Made by a program: the position numbers and the translations under genes
Shown here: in pieces, positions 1-8,663 of the stretch
How the letters are laid out: each line of letters opens with the position of its first letter
How positions within the stretch are numbered: the first letter of the stretch is position 1
NCBI GenBank assembly: GCA_907165135.1
Contig: CAJRAX010000013.1
Location: forward strand, 1-34,892
From: Oikopleura dioica
Lineage: Eukaryota; Animalia; Chordata
DNA: 34,892 bases
Reading direction: 5' to 3'
The notes under the pieces: generated by a model
The model's input: only the letters and a program-made list of their open reading frames with translations
Database searches by the model: none
Told to the model about the DNA's origin: nothing

Positions 1-488
1 TGTAACTAAGACACTTGGTGTACTGTGCTGAAGCTTTGAAAACTTGCTCAGTTTTTATCCTAGGGCCTCAGCGACAATACACGGATGTACTCGCTTGACT
101 ACTAGCAGTTAATAAAGGTGAACAAGCCTTAGTACGAAAGAGTAGATTCGAAGGGCTTGGTGGAGGAGAACTCTAATAGGTATAGAGTTCTATCGTCTTG
201 TTTGTCGTCGTTCTCTGTTTGTTCTCTATTCTAGTTGTTGTTCCTGCGAAGTCAGTAAAAAGTCAAGTTGTTTGTTTTTGTTTGTTCGTTCCTGTTCGGA
301 TAGGATAGATTTATTGCAGTAAAAGGTTCAGTATATATAGTCAGTACAGAATAGCGCCGGAGAGCAGTTGGCGGTAGTGAGTCACTCTCTGCTGCCATCG
401 TATGAGTCATCATTGAGAATCTAATCGCCTAGAAGGTTCCATCGTGATTCATCCCTTATCAGTGCGTCATTGCTTTATCAGTGCGTCA
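1..488 (-). mobile_element. Probable 3' LTR of a minus-strand LTR retrotransposon
   Basis: The minus strand reads TG(488)...CA(1). It is immediately preceded by an 11-nt purine tract GAGAAAGGAAA (plus 489-499, PPT-like). A minus-strand TATATATA (332-339) is followed by AATAAA (310-315), and there are duplicated enhancer-like motifs at 456-490. No second copy is in the window, and the TG at base 1 could be chance. Confidence 0.45.
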
Positions 489-490
489 TT
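456..490. promoter_or_regulatory. 16-bp direct repeat TTATCAGTGCGTCATT x2 (GATA plus CRE/AP-1-like half site)
   Basis: Copies at 456-471 and 475-490 (period 19). TGAGTCA/TGACTCA motifs lie nearby around 377-410 and 523-540. The repeat is seen directly; its function is inferred. Confidence 0.5.
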
Positions 491-650
491 TCCTTTCTCA
501 TGGTTTTGGTTTCCCAGGGTCTGTGAGTCACTATGACTCAGTAAGGAGAATCTGCGTGGTGGGCTAGAGTGGCGCACGAGTGCGGCCAGAGCAAGCCTGC
601 CCGTGGGAAACACCGGTGGCAGGGGTCTAAATATCAGCCAAAATCCTAGT

Positions 651-785
651 GCGAAAGCGAAGCGAAAGCGAACCATTTTTCAATTTTTTTGCGAAGCGAA
701 AGCGAAGCGAATTCTTCGCCCATGTGCGAAGCGAAAGCGAAGCGAAATATCATTGAAAATTGCGAAAAAAGCGAAAATTTTTCGC
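651..785. repeat. GCGAA(A) short-repeat cluster
   Basis: Clusters of GCGAAAGCGAAGCG at ~651-670, ~690-710 and ~726-745, decaying to ~785. It may be the subterminal region of an unidentified DNA transposon. Confidence 0.7.
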
Positions 786-976
786 TTGAATTGAGACGCA
801 TTCTCGGCAAGAATCTTTAGCAATCAGCCACTCAAAAGCAAAGATGATTTCAAAAACCTATTTTTGAAGCAGAACATAACAAAAAAATCTGTTATTGTAC
901 CTTTTTCAGCTCGTCAATATAAGCCGAATGGTGGGTCTAACTGTTGATAATTCCAAGTTAGTAACAAACTCGATAG

Positions 977-2027
977 CGGAGGTGACCGTTCGGGCATCGG
1001 GAAGTCGGGGAAAACGGACAATTTTCGGGCAAAATGTGTTCGGCCGGGCATTCTCAGCCCCTTAAATTTGGCCGGGCAAAAGCGGGCATTTTGGCAAGTT
1101 CGGCACTTTTGGGGAATTCAGCGCTTTCGGGCATTTCAGTCTAGCCCGCGCCGAGGAAAATTCTTAAATTTCGCATTCTTTACAACTATTTTTGGAGACG
1201 GGAGCTTTTCCAGCCATTAGCTTTTCCAGCCGTTAGCTTTTCCAGCGATTAGCTTTTCCAGCCTTGCTGGAAATTCTAATTTGCTGGAAAAGCTAATATA
1301 CTGGAAAAGCTTCTTTCAGATCGATATTTTTCTAATGAAGATATAAGTTGATAAAATAAGTACTATTTTTATTAAAAAGTGTATTTACTTAGACGTACTT
1401 TTTTTAAGGTCAACGAAGTTTTCCAGCCCACTTCCGCCTTATAGACCCCCGAACACCATAAAAAGGCACGTCTTAGTGCAATATAATTAATAATGATTTA
1501 TTATTAATTAATAATCGTCGATTAGTATAAAATTTATCGAGAGATCGTTTTCAAAGGATGTCGGGATTTTCGGTACTCCTTGTTCCGATTTCGGTACTGC
1601 GAGCATGGCTGTTGATTTCGGAGGGATTATTTATTATTTATGATATTTCACAAAGTAAATACACTTTTTAATAAAAATAGTACTTATTTTATCAAACTAT
1701 ATTTTCATTAGAAAAATATCAATCTGAAAGAAGCTCTTCCAGCCATTAGCTTTTCCAGCCGTTAGCTTTTCCAGCCTTGCTGGAAATTCTAATATGCTGG
1801 AAAAGCTAACGGCTGGAAAAGCTAATGGCTGGAAAAGCTCCCGTCTCCTATTTTTGCTCTCTTGCTCCTCTTACTGAATCAAAAGCCTCTCGAAACTTAT
1901 TTTTCAAACCCTTATCTATTGAAAATCCCATCACCAACTCGACCGGGCATTCGCACGGTGCGACTCTTGGCCCTTCATTTCAGCCGGGCATTCGGATGGC
2001 CAAATCTTGCCCGAATGGTCACCCTTG
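977..2027. mobile_element. Non-autonomous hAT-like element (about 390 bp once the nested insertion is removed)
   Basis: Perfect 8-bp TSD CTCGATAG at 969-976 and 2028-2035. 20-bp TIRs CGGAGGTGACCGTTCGGGCA / CAAGGGTGACCATTCGGGCA match 16/20. There are multiple subterminal CGGGCA motifs. An 8-bp TSD with a GGGTGACCA-type TIR is typical of hAT (Tip100-like) elements. Confidence 0.85.
1195..1847. mobile_element. Mutator-like (MULE)/foldback MITE nested in the hAT element
   Basis: 9-bp TSD CTATTTTTG at 1186-1194 and 1848-1856. TIRs of ~195 bp (1195-1390 and 1653-1847) start GAGACGGGAGCTTTTCCAGCC and contain tandem TAGCTTTTCCAGCC subrepeats. No coding capacity. Confidence 0.85.
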
Positions 2028-2355
2028 CTCGATAGGAGAGGAGATCATCTTCGATTCTAGATAACCCTGTTCATAAAGATCATTCTGATCATTCAAAAAA
2101 TATTCTAGCATACTTACAAGCATACTAGCAAAACGCTGGTGACAACGTGTATTCCGGGGTAGGACCAGGTTGATAACCAGTCAATCCTTTGATTTATTGA
2201 GAGTTAGACTCACCATTAGACTCGTCTTCAGAAGACTGAGAAAACTTGAATTTATAACAGCATCAATAAATTATTGACAATAATGCCCCTCTCCATCTCT
2301 TTGATAAAGAATCTTCCGAATAGCAAAGTCGCTTGATGTGCGAAAATCTATGCGA

Positions 2356-4148
2356 AAATTTGGGAATTTCGTTTTTTGCCCTTATTTTATTTGCAGCGTT
2401 TCTGCCGTCTTCCGGGCCCCATTTTGGTTGATTCTGAGCCTCTCAAACTCAACAGAAAAAAAATTCAAAAAAAAATTTTTTTTTCGATGGTCATCGTTAT
2501 CATGAATCGCCCAAAAACGAGGTCAAAATTTTGAAATTTCATTTTTTTGCCCTAATTTTATTTGCAGCGTTTCTGCTGTATTCCGAGCGTCATTTTGGTT
2601 GATTCTGAGCCTCTCAAACCCAACAGAAAAAAAATTAAAAAAATTTTTTCGATCGTCATCGTTATCATGAATCGCCCAAAAACGAGGTCAAAATTTTGAA
2701 ATTTCATTTTTTGCCCTAATTATATTTGCAGCGTTTCTGCTGTATTTCGAGCGTCATTTTGGTTGATTCTGAGCCTCTCAAACCCAACAGAAAAGAATTC
2801 AAAAAAAAATTTTTTTTTTCGATGGTCATAGTTATCATGAATCGCCCAAAAACGAGGTCAAAATTTTGAAATTTCATTTTTTTGCCCTAATTTTATTTGC
2901 AGCGTTTCTGCTGTATTCCGAGCGTCATTTTGGTTGATTCTGAGCCTCTCAAACCCAACAGAAAAAATTAAAAAAAATTTTTTTCGATCGTCATCGTTAT
3001 CATGAATCGCCCAAAAACGAGGTCAAAATTTTGAAAATTCGTTTTTTGCTCTAATTTTATTTGCAGCGTTTCTGCCGTCTTCCGAGCGTCATTTTGGTTG
3101 ATTCTGAGCCTCTCAAACCCAACAGAAAAAATTCAATAAAAATTTTTTTCGATGGTCATCGTTATCATGAATCGCCCAAAAACGAGGTCAAAATTTTGAA
3201 ATTTTGTTTTTTTCCCCAATTTTATTTGCTGCGTTTCTGCCGTCTTCCGAGCGTCATTTTGGTTGATTCTGAGCCTCTCAAACCTAACAGAAAAAATTTA
3301 AAAAATTTTTTTCGATGGTCATAGTTATCATGAATCGCCCAAAAACGAGGTCAAAATTTTGAAAATTCGTTTTTTGCTCTAATTTTATTTGCAGCGTTTC
3401 TGCCGTCTTCCGAGCGTCATTTTGGTTGATTCTGAGCCTCTCAAACCCAACAGAAAAAATTAAAAAAATTTTTTTCGATGGTCATCGTTATCATGAATCG
3501 CCCAAAAACGAGGTCAAAATTTTGAAATTTCGTTTTTGCCCTTATTTTATTTGCAGCGTTTCTGCCGTCATCCGAGCGTCATTTTGGTTGATTCTGAGCC
3601 TCTCAAACCCAACAGAAAAAATTCAAAAAAATTTTTTTCGATGGTCATCGTTATCATGAATCGCCCAAAAACGAGGTCAAAATTTTGAAATTTCATTTTT
3701 GCCCTTATTTTATTTGCAACGTTTCTGCTGTCTTCCGAGCGTCATTTTGGTTGATTCTGAGCCTCTCAAACCCAACAGAAAAAATTCAAAAAATTTTTTC
3801 GATGGTCATCGTTATCATGAATCGCCCAAAAACGAGGTCAAAATTTTGAAATTTCATTTTTGCCCTAATTTTATTTGCAGCGTTTCTGCCGTCTTCCAGG
3901 CGTCATTATGGTTGATTCTGAGCCTCTCAAACCCAACAGAAAAAATTAAAAAAATTTTTTCGATGGTCATCGTTATCATGAATCGCCCAAAAACGAGGTC
4001 AAAATTTTGAAATTTCGTTTTTTGCCCTTATTTTATTTTCAGCGTTTCTGCCGTGTTCGGGCGTCATTTTGGTTGATTCTGAGCCTCTCAAACCCAACAG
4101 AAAAAATTCAAAAAATTTTTTTCGATGGTCATCGTTATCATGAATCGC
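2356..4148. repeat. Tandem satellite, ~163-bp unit, ~11 copies
   Basis: The marker GAATCGC recurs at 2504, 2669, 2839, 3004, 3169, 3332, 3495, 3658, 3819, 3980 and 4142 (spacing 161-170). Length variation is mostly in A/T homopolymers. Confidence 0.97.
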
Positions 4149-4571
4149 TTGGGTTGCGCCAGTGGGAAAATGGACTTTTTGCAGTTAACCTGGAGGGATG
4201 AAATTTTGTGGATATATTTCTGAGGTCCTAATCAAGAAAAAATCAAAAAAATTTTCGAAATATTAAGGGTTTAGGGGTCGAAAAATCGATTTTTTCATTT
4301 TTGCAAAATTAAGCCTGAGAAAACCTAGACTATCATATAAAAGCTCAAAAATGATTTTTTCGAGTCGAAAAAGTCGAAGCAAAATAATAAATCCGCAAAA
4401 TAAGAAATTTTAATTATAAAAAATTTGGATAGAAACCATAATAAAAGGAAAAACTTGAATAATTTGTATTTTCACCTCGAATGGGTGTGGGCGGGGTTGG
4501 AGACATAACTGAGATTGATCGCCTCAGAGTCCTACGCCGATCTCAAGCCCCTTAAATTTATATAAATATAA

Positions 4572-5407
4572 ATAATTAATATAAATAATGATGCAGTGTA
4601 TTCGGGACTGAGCGATAAATGTCCTGCTGCGGTGTTTTCGGGTAAATCATTATCAGGAAAATGCAAAAGTCAACTCATAAAGTCATCGGGAGACTGTATT
4701 TTCAATAGAAACATAAGAAGTAATGAGGTCTTGGTGGGTCATTTTTATCTCCCAAAATTGAAAATTAGGACAGAAGCGGAATTTCCGGTGCATAGACGTA
4801 AGGGGAAATTTCTTGAGATGAAAAATGTCTCATTAATTGAAATTGGGGAGGAAGCTAACCAAATTGAATGTAAATATTCTGTTTTCGAAGATAAGGCGGT
4901 AAGAAACCCTGAAAATATGACATACATATTGAATGATAAAATGGAAAATTTTGAACCTTCTGTTTCGATGCATTGGGAAATGGACGAAACATCGAACTCT
5001 TCACTAGAAATAATTCAAGGGGAAATACATAATCTGGGGGAAAATTTTGGTCAAAGAGCAGAAGAATCCATTCAACCGCATTGGTACGAATATTTTATGT
5101 CAGCGGAATTCAAAGACTCTCTCGTGACGAGTGCGTGGTACTTTTTGCACTCGTACTTTCTGGCCTATTAGTAGGAACGAAAAGGGGGAGGAAAATTCTT
5201 TCAAAAATCGGGGGCTTCATTTGGAAAATCTTGAAATGCAAGCGTAAGAAAATCAAAAATAGGGAGATCGAGTCGAGACAAGACTGCGAAATGATGGGTT
5301 TGGGAAAGCCTGGGCCAAATGCGGTCCAAAAATCAGGGAAAAGAAAAATCAAAATTGAAACAATGTTTGAAGTGCTGTGTGTCGCACAAGGGATGCGGTT
5401 AAAATAG
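4572..5407 (+). pseudogene. env-like type I membrane glycoprotein, C-terminal ~278 aa, one frameshift
   Basis: ORFs 4596-5171 and 5081-5407 join if one T is added to the T5 run at 5142-5146. The joined sequence is ...QPHWYEYFMSAEFKDSLVTSAWYFFALVLSGLLVG-TKRGRKILSKIGGFIWKILKCKRKK: aromatic juxtamembrane region, TM helix, basic cytoplasmic tail. The ectodomain has four Cys and three sequons (NVS, NMT, NSS). There is no ATG or signal peptide, and an in-frame TAA sits at 4569. Confidence 0.6.
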
Positions 5408-5519
5408 AACTGGGGTTGTTCTAGATGACGACTCGTCAATCTTTGGATAGATAGCTTAAGGGGATCCCTGGGGATTTGGGAATATAGATAAGGGGTTATA
5501 ATCTTCGTTCAGCAGCTCT

Positions 5520-6380
5520 ATGGACAATTCAATGGAAACGGAGGTTAAGACTGCCACTTCTGAAGAAAATAAGGGTCAGGAGGCCGTTACAGAGGGGAAC
5601 AAAAGTGATATGGAAACTAACGATGAATTTTCACTTGCCCTGGAAGAATTCGAAAATTTGGCTATAGCGGAAGTGTCGACTCAGACGGGGCACATGACGG
5701 CATCGACAGTAGCTACTCAGACAGAAGTGGAAAGCTATTATCAGGGGACATAAACGGAGCAGCAGCGAGACCGATCTGAGGGACAGGATGGTGGTACTCG
5801 ATTTATCTTTTCTGGGAGATATGAAGTTACTACGCCACCAGCGGCGATTCTGGCACGTCAGTTGTTGGAAATTGAAAAGTATCAGCGTTGGAATATGTGC
5901 TATCAGGAGTTCGGAACCATCGATGAATGGGGCCCTTCTTTTGTTGGTTATCGACTGGTTGCCATGCAAGACATGCACACGAGATTTATTACGGTTGCGC
6001 GGCCCTTATCGAATGACCCAGTCGGTACTGCGAACATAACAGGGGTTTCCGCAATCGACAAAATGCCGGAGACTGTAGGCTTGTTCGTCAAGATAACGTT
6101 TGAGGGAATGGCAAGCCTATTCGCCACTTTCATCACTGAAAAAGGGGGACAGATTTCAAGGAACAGCAGTCATATCACGTGGTATGGGAACTCGTCGGAG
6201 AGACCGAAATCTTACAAATCGGGAAATTCAAGGGCAGCTCGCATCCGAATAGATCTATGGGGATTTATCAGGCACGCCGAGCGCGCGACGGACGAAATGG
6301 AGGTCCACAGCGGGGTTCGAATTTCGGGCGCCGGAATGGGAAAAATCGAGGATACCGGGGCCGATACTAGGGGTTCCTGA
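5520..6380 (+). pseudogene. Accessory ORF A, 286 codons, interrupted by one in-frame TAA; unknown function
   Basis: ORFs 5520-5753 and 5862-6380 are in the same frame, and 5754-5861 is open (TEQQRDRSEGQDGGTRFIFSGRYEVTTPPAAILARQL). The only break is TAA at 5751-5753. The N-terminus is acidic and looks disordered, with TQT motifs; the C-terminal half looks globular. Confidence 0.65.
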
Positions 6381-6480
6381 TTGGCTGGATTTATTTTTCT
6401 TTTCTATTCTTTCCTTATATTGTATTTATGGCTTGGCGATTTATTAATTTGGCGATGCTTTCTACCGTATTTATGATTCA

Positions 6481-6819
6481 GTGACAATCTCGACACAAGA
6501 AGAAGAACGACACCTGGGGTACCGCGAACTCGAAACGGAACGCCTTCTCGACCGGATAAAGTTACGGCAATTTCCGGACAGAATGCATCTATTGGAGTGG
6601 GAAATAAATCGATATGATGAGACTGAACTGGCGGAGTATAAAAGAAAAAATTTGAGGGAAATTGTGGCCATTCTGGGCAAAGAGTATTGGTTCGACTGCA
6701 GGACTAACACGCCGTTATCGGAGGACGGGGATGTTGCGACTTTAGCGTTCAACAGTTTGGTGAACATCCTTCATTTCATGGAGGGCCGGGGTATCAATGT
6801 TCAGAACATCATCGATTAA
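6481..6819 (+). CDS. Accessory ORF B, 112 aa, charged helical protein of unknown function
   Basis: The frame is open from 6448 with protein-like composition (EEERHLGYRELETERLLDRIKLRQFPDRMHLLEWEINRY...). There is no ATG at the 5' end, so the start is uncertain. It may be entered by splicing at CAG 6479-6481. Confidence 0.5.
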   Translation: MTISTQEEERHLGYRELETERLLDRIKLRQFPDRMHLLEWEINRYDETELAEYKRKNLREIVAILGKEYWFDCRTNTPLSEDGDVATLAFNSLVNILHFMEGRGINVQNIID

Positions 6820-7024
6820 AACTTTGGTGGGGTCTGGGGCTCTCGATTTGTCACTGGATATTTTTATTTTCTTTTTTCTTTCTTTCTTTTGCTTGGCTGG
6901 TTTAGTAAGTTTTTATTGGATAGACGACAAAAATCAATGTGATTATTGATTTATCAAAATTCTGGCTTGGCTTTATTGTGTTCTTTTATCTTTATTTTAT
7001 CTTCATTGGTGATGCTTATTTCGA

Positions 7025-7337
7025 TGGATGGAAACTGGACATTCGTCACGGTTCAGCTTTCAGTCGACAGAACTTATGTTTCATGAGAGGGTGGGTTGTG
7101 GAGATCAGCATTTCTGTCTTGTTCTGCCAGTCTCTGCAGCACGTCATGCTCTGCCTACGAAACTGATAACGGCCAAGGCCGCACCGTTCGTTCACTCACA
7201 GCTCACTTCTTACTTTCATAAAATCGAGAAATAAACACACTTTACTTGCTACAAAAACTCTTGACCTCGCTTATTGCAACAACGCCTTTCAACTACGACT
7301 ACTCTGCAGGAAGCTGCTGCCAGGCTAGCTCGTCTCA
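7025..7337 (+). repeat. Putative 3' LTR of E1 (313 bp, TG...CA)
   Basis: It contains ATCGAGAAATAAACACACTTTA (7223-7244), identical to the E2 LTR core. The TG at 7025 lies 198 nt upstream of that core, the same offset as in E2. It ends CTCA at 7337, directly followed by satellite. Only one copy is present, so the 5' boundary is inferred. Confidence 0.55.
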
Positions 7338-8016
7338 AACGCATCAAAAATTTTCGCGATTTTTATGAACTTAACATCGTCTAAAAACGCGAAAAAACGC
7401 ATCAAAAATTTTCGCGATTTTTATGAACTAAACATCGTCTAAAAACGCGAAAAAACGCATCAAAAAATTTTCGCGATTTTTTGAACCAAACATCGTCTAA
7501 AAACACGAAAAAACGCATCAAAAATTTTCGCGAATTTTATGAAATAAACATCGTCTAAAAACGCGAAAAAACGCATTAAAAAATTTTCGCGATTTTTATG
7601 AACTAAACATCGTCTAAAAACGCGAAAAAACGCATCAAAAAATTTTCGCGATTTTTTGAACCAAACATCGTCTAAAAACGCGAAAAAACGCATCAAAAAT
7701 TTTCGCGAATTTTATGAAATAAACATCGTCTAAAAACGCGAAAAAACGCATCAAAAAATTTTCGCTATTTTTATGAACTAAACATCGTCTAAAAACGCGA
7801 AAAAACGCATCAAAAAATTTTCGCGATTTTTATGAACTTAACATCGTCTAAAAACGCGAAAAAACGCATCAAAAAATTTAGCGATTTTTTGAACTAAGCA
7901 TCGTCTAAAAACGCGAAAAAACGCATCAAAAAATTTTCGCGATTTTTATGAACTAAACATTGTCTTAAAACGCGAAAAAACGCATCAAAAAATTTTCGCG
8001 ATTTTTATGAACTTAA
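7338..8016. repeat. 58-59 bp satellite, block 1 (~11-12 monomers)
   Basis: Consensus AAAAACGCGAAAAAACGCATCAAAAA(A)TTTTCGCGATTTTTATGAACT(A/T)AACATCGTCT. ATCGTCT occurs at 7376, 7434 and 7492. Confidence 0.99.
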
Positions 8017-8663
8017 GAAGGGGGTCGACGAGAATTTTTTCGCTTTTTCAAAATTTTGACAATATTTTTGGATTCCTTAATGGAAAAGGAGCATTTTTGG
8101 TTTCCAGCATTTTGCGCATTGATAAACATTTTTAGCAAAATTTTCGATTTTGTGTCTGGAATTCGAGGTTTAACGAAATTTGAAAGTTGGCTTTCTCACC
8201 CAAAAACAGTCTTTATCCGATTTTTTTACTAGATATTAATTAATAATGGTTTTTCTATCATTATAAGTAAAAAATAGCGAGTCTCCGCGAGTTTTGTAAA
8301 ACTCGCTGTAAAAATGAGCAAAAATGACGATTTTTAGGAAAATCGGATATTTTTAATCAACAGTAAAAAAATTTCAAGAGAAGCATCCCTTTTTTTATTG
8401 TCGCAGCTGTATTTTTAAGGGTTTGAACTTACTATTTACAGTATTTGATGGAGAAAAAATAATCCCGGTTTCGAGATTTTTTGGCTACGAGACACCCCCA
8501 CTTTGCCCTAATTTTTCAAGATTTTTCGAGAAAATTTTTTCTAGTTTTTGCCGCTGTATTTTTGAAACCCTTTTCTTTCCGCGTGAAAAGTCAGAATTTC
8601 CCTATCTAAGCAGTTTTTTTCGCATTTTTGGTTACAGAAATCCCGATTCTCGTCGACCTCCCC
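8017..8663. mobile_element. TTAA-specific MITE (Kolobok-like), 647 bp, inserted in the satellite
   Basis: The satellite's TTAA is duplicated (8013-8016 and 8664-8667). TIRs of ~18 bp: GAAGGGGGTCGACGAGAAT / GGGGAGGTCGACGAGAAT. Purine (RR) termini with a TTAA TSD fit Kolobok rather than piggyBac (CC termini). Removing it restores a perfect monomer. Confidence 0.85.

Larger units (their letters stand above)
4572..7337 (+). mobile_element. E1: 5'-truncated LTR element remnant (env-like ORF, two accessory ORFs, 3' LTR)
   Basis: Three co-oriented ORF blocks are followed by a TG...CA segment sharing a 22-nt AATAAA core with the E2 LTR. The segment ends exactly where the satellite starts. No 5' LTR, gag or pol is visible. 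Confidence 0.6.

Noticed and set aside
167-191. 9-bp hairpin AGAACTCTA/TAGAGTTCT
   Set aside because: It is real but isolated, lies within the putative LTR, and has no family or function I can support.
3061-4201. ORFs in the 163-bp satellite, and ORFs at 7460, 14815-15401 and 18617 in the 58-bp satellite
   Set aside because: These are chance open frames of repeated DNA whose phase depends on homopolymer length.
4266-4277. Telomere-like AGGGTTTAGGG
   Set aside because: Fewer than two full units; expected by chance.
4263-4555. Second TTAA-flanked element (TTAA GGG...CCC TTAA)
   Set aside because: The inverted match is only ~3 bp beyond TTAA, which is too weak in AT-rich DNA. The 4149-4570 region stays unassigned.
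5256-5282. Short similarity to E2 24011-24037 (AAAAT.GGGAGA...TCGAGACAA)
   Set aside because: It is short, gapped and at non-equivalent positions in the two elements, so it is not distinguishable from chance.
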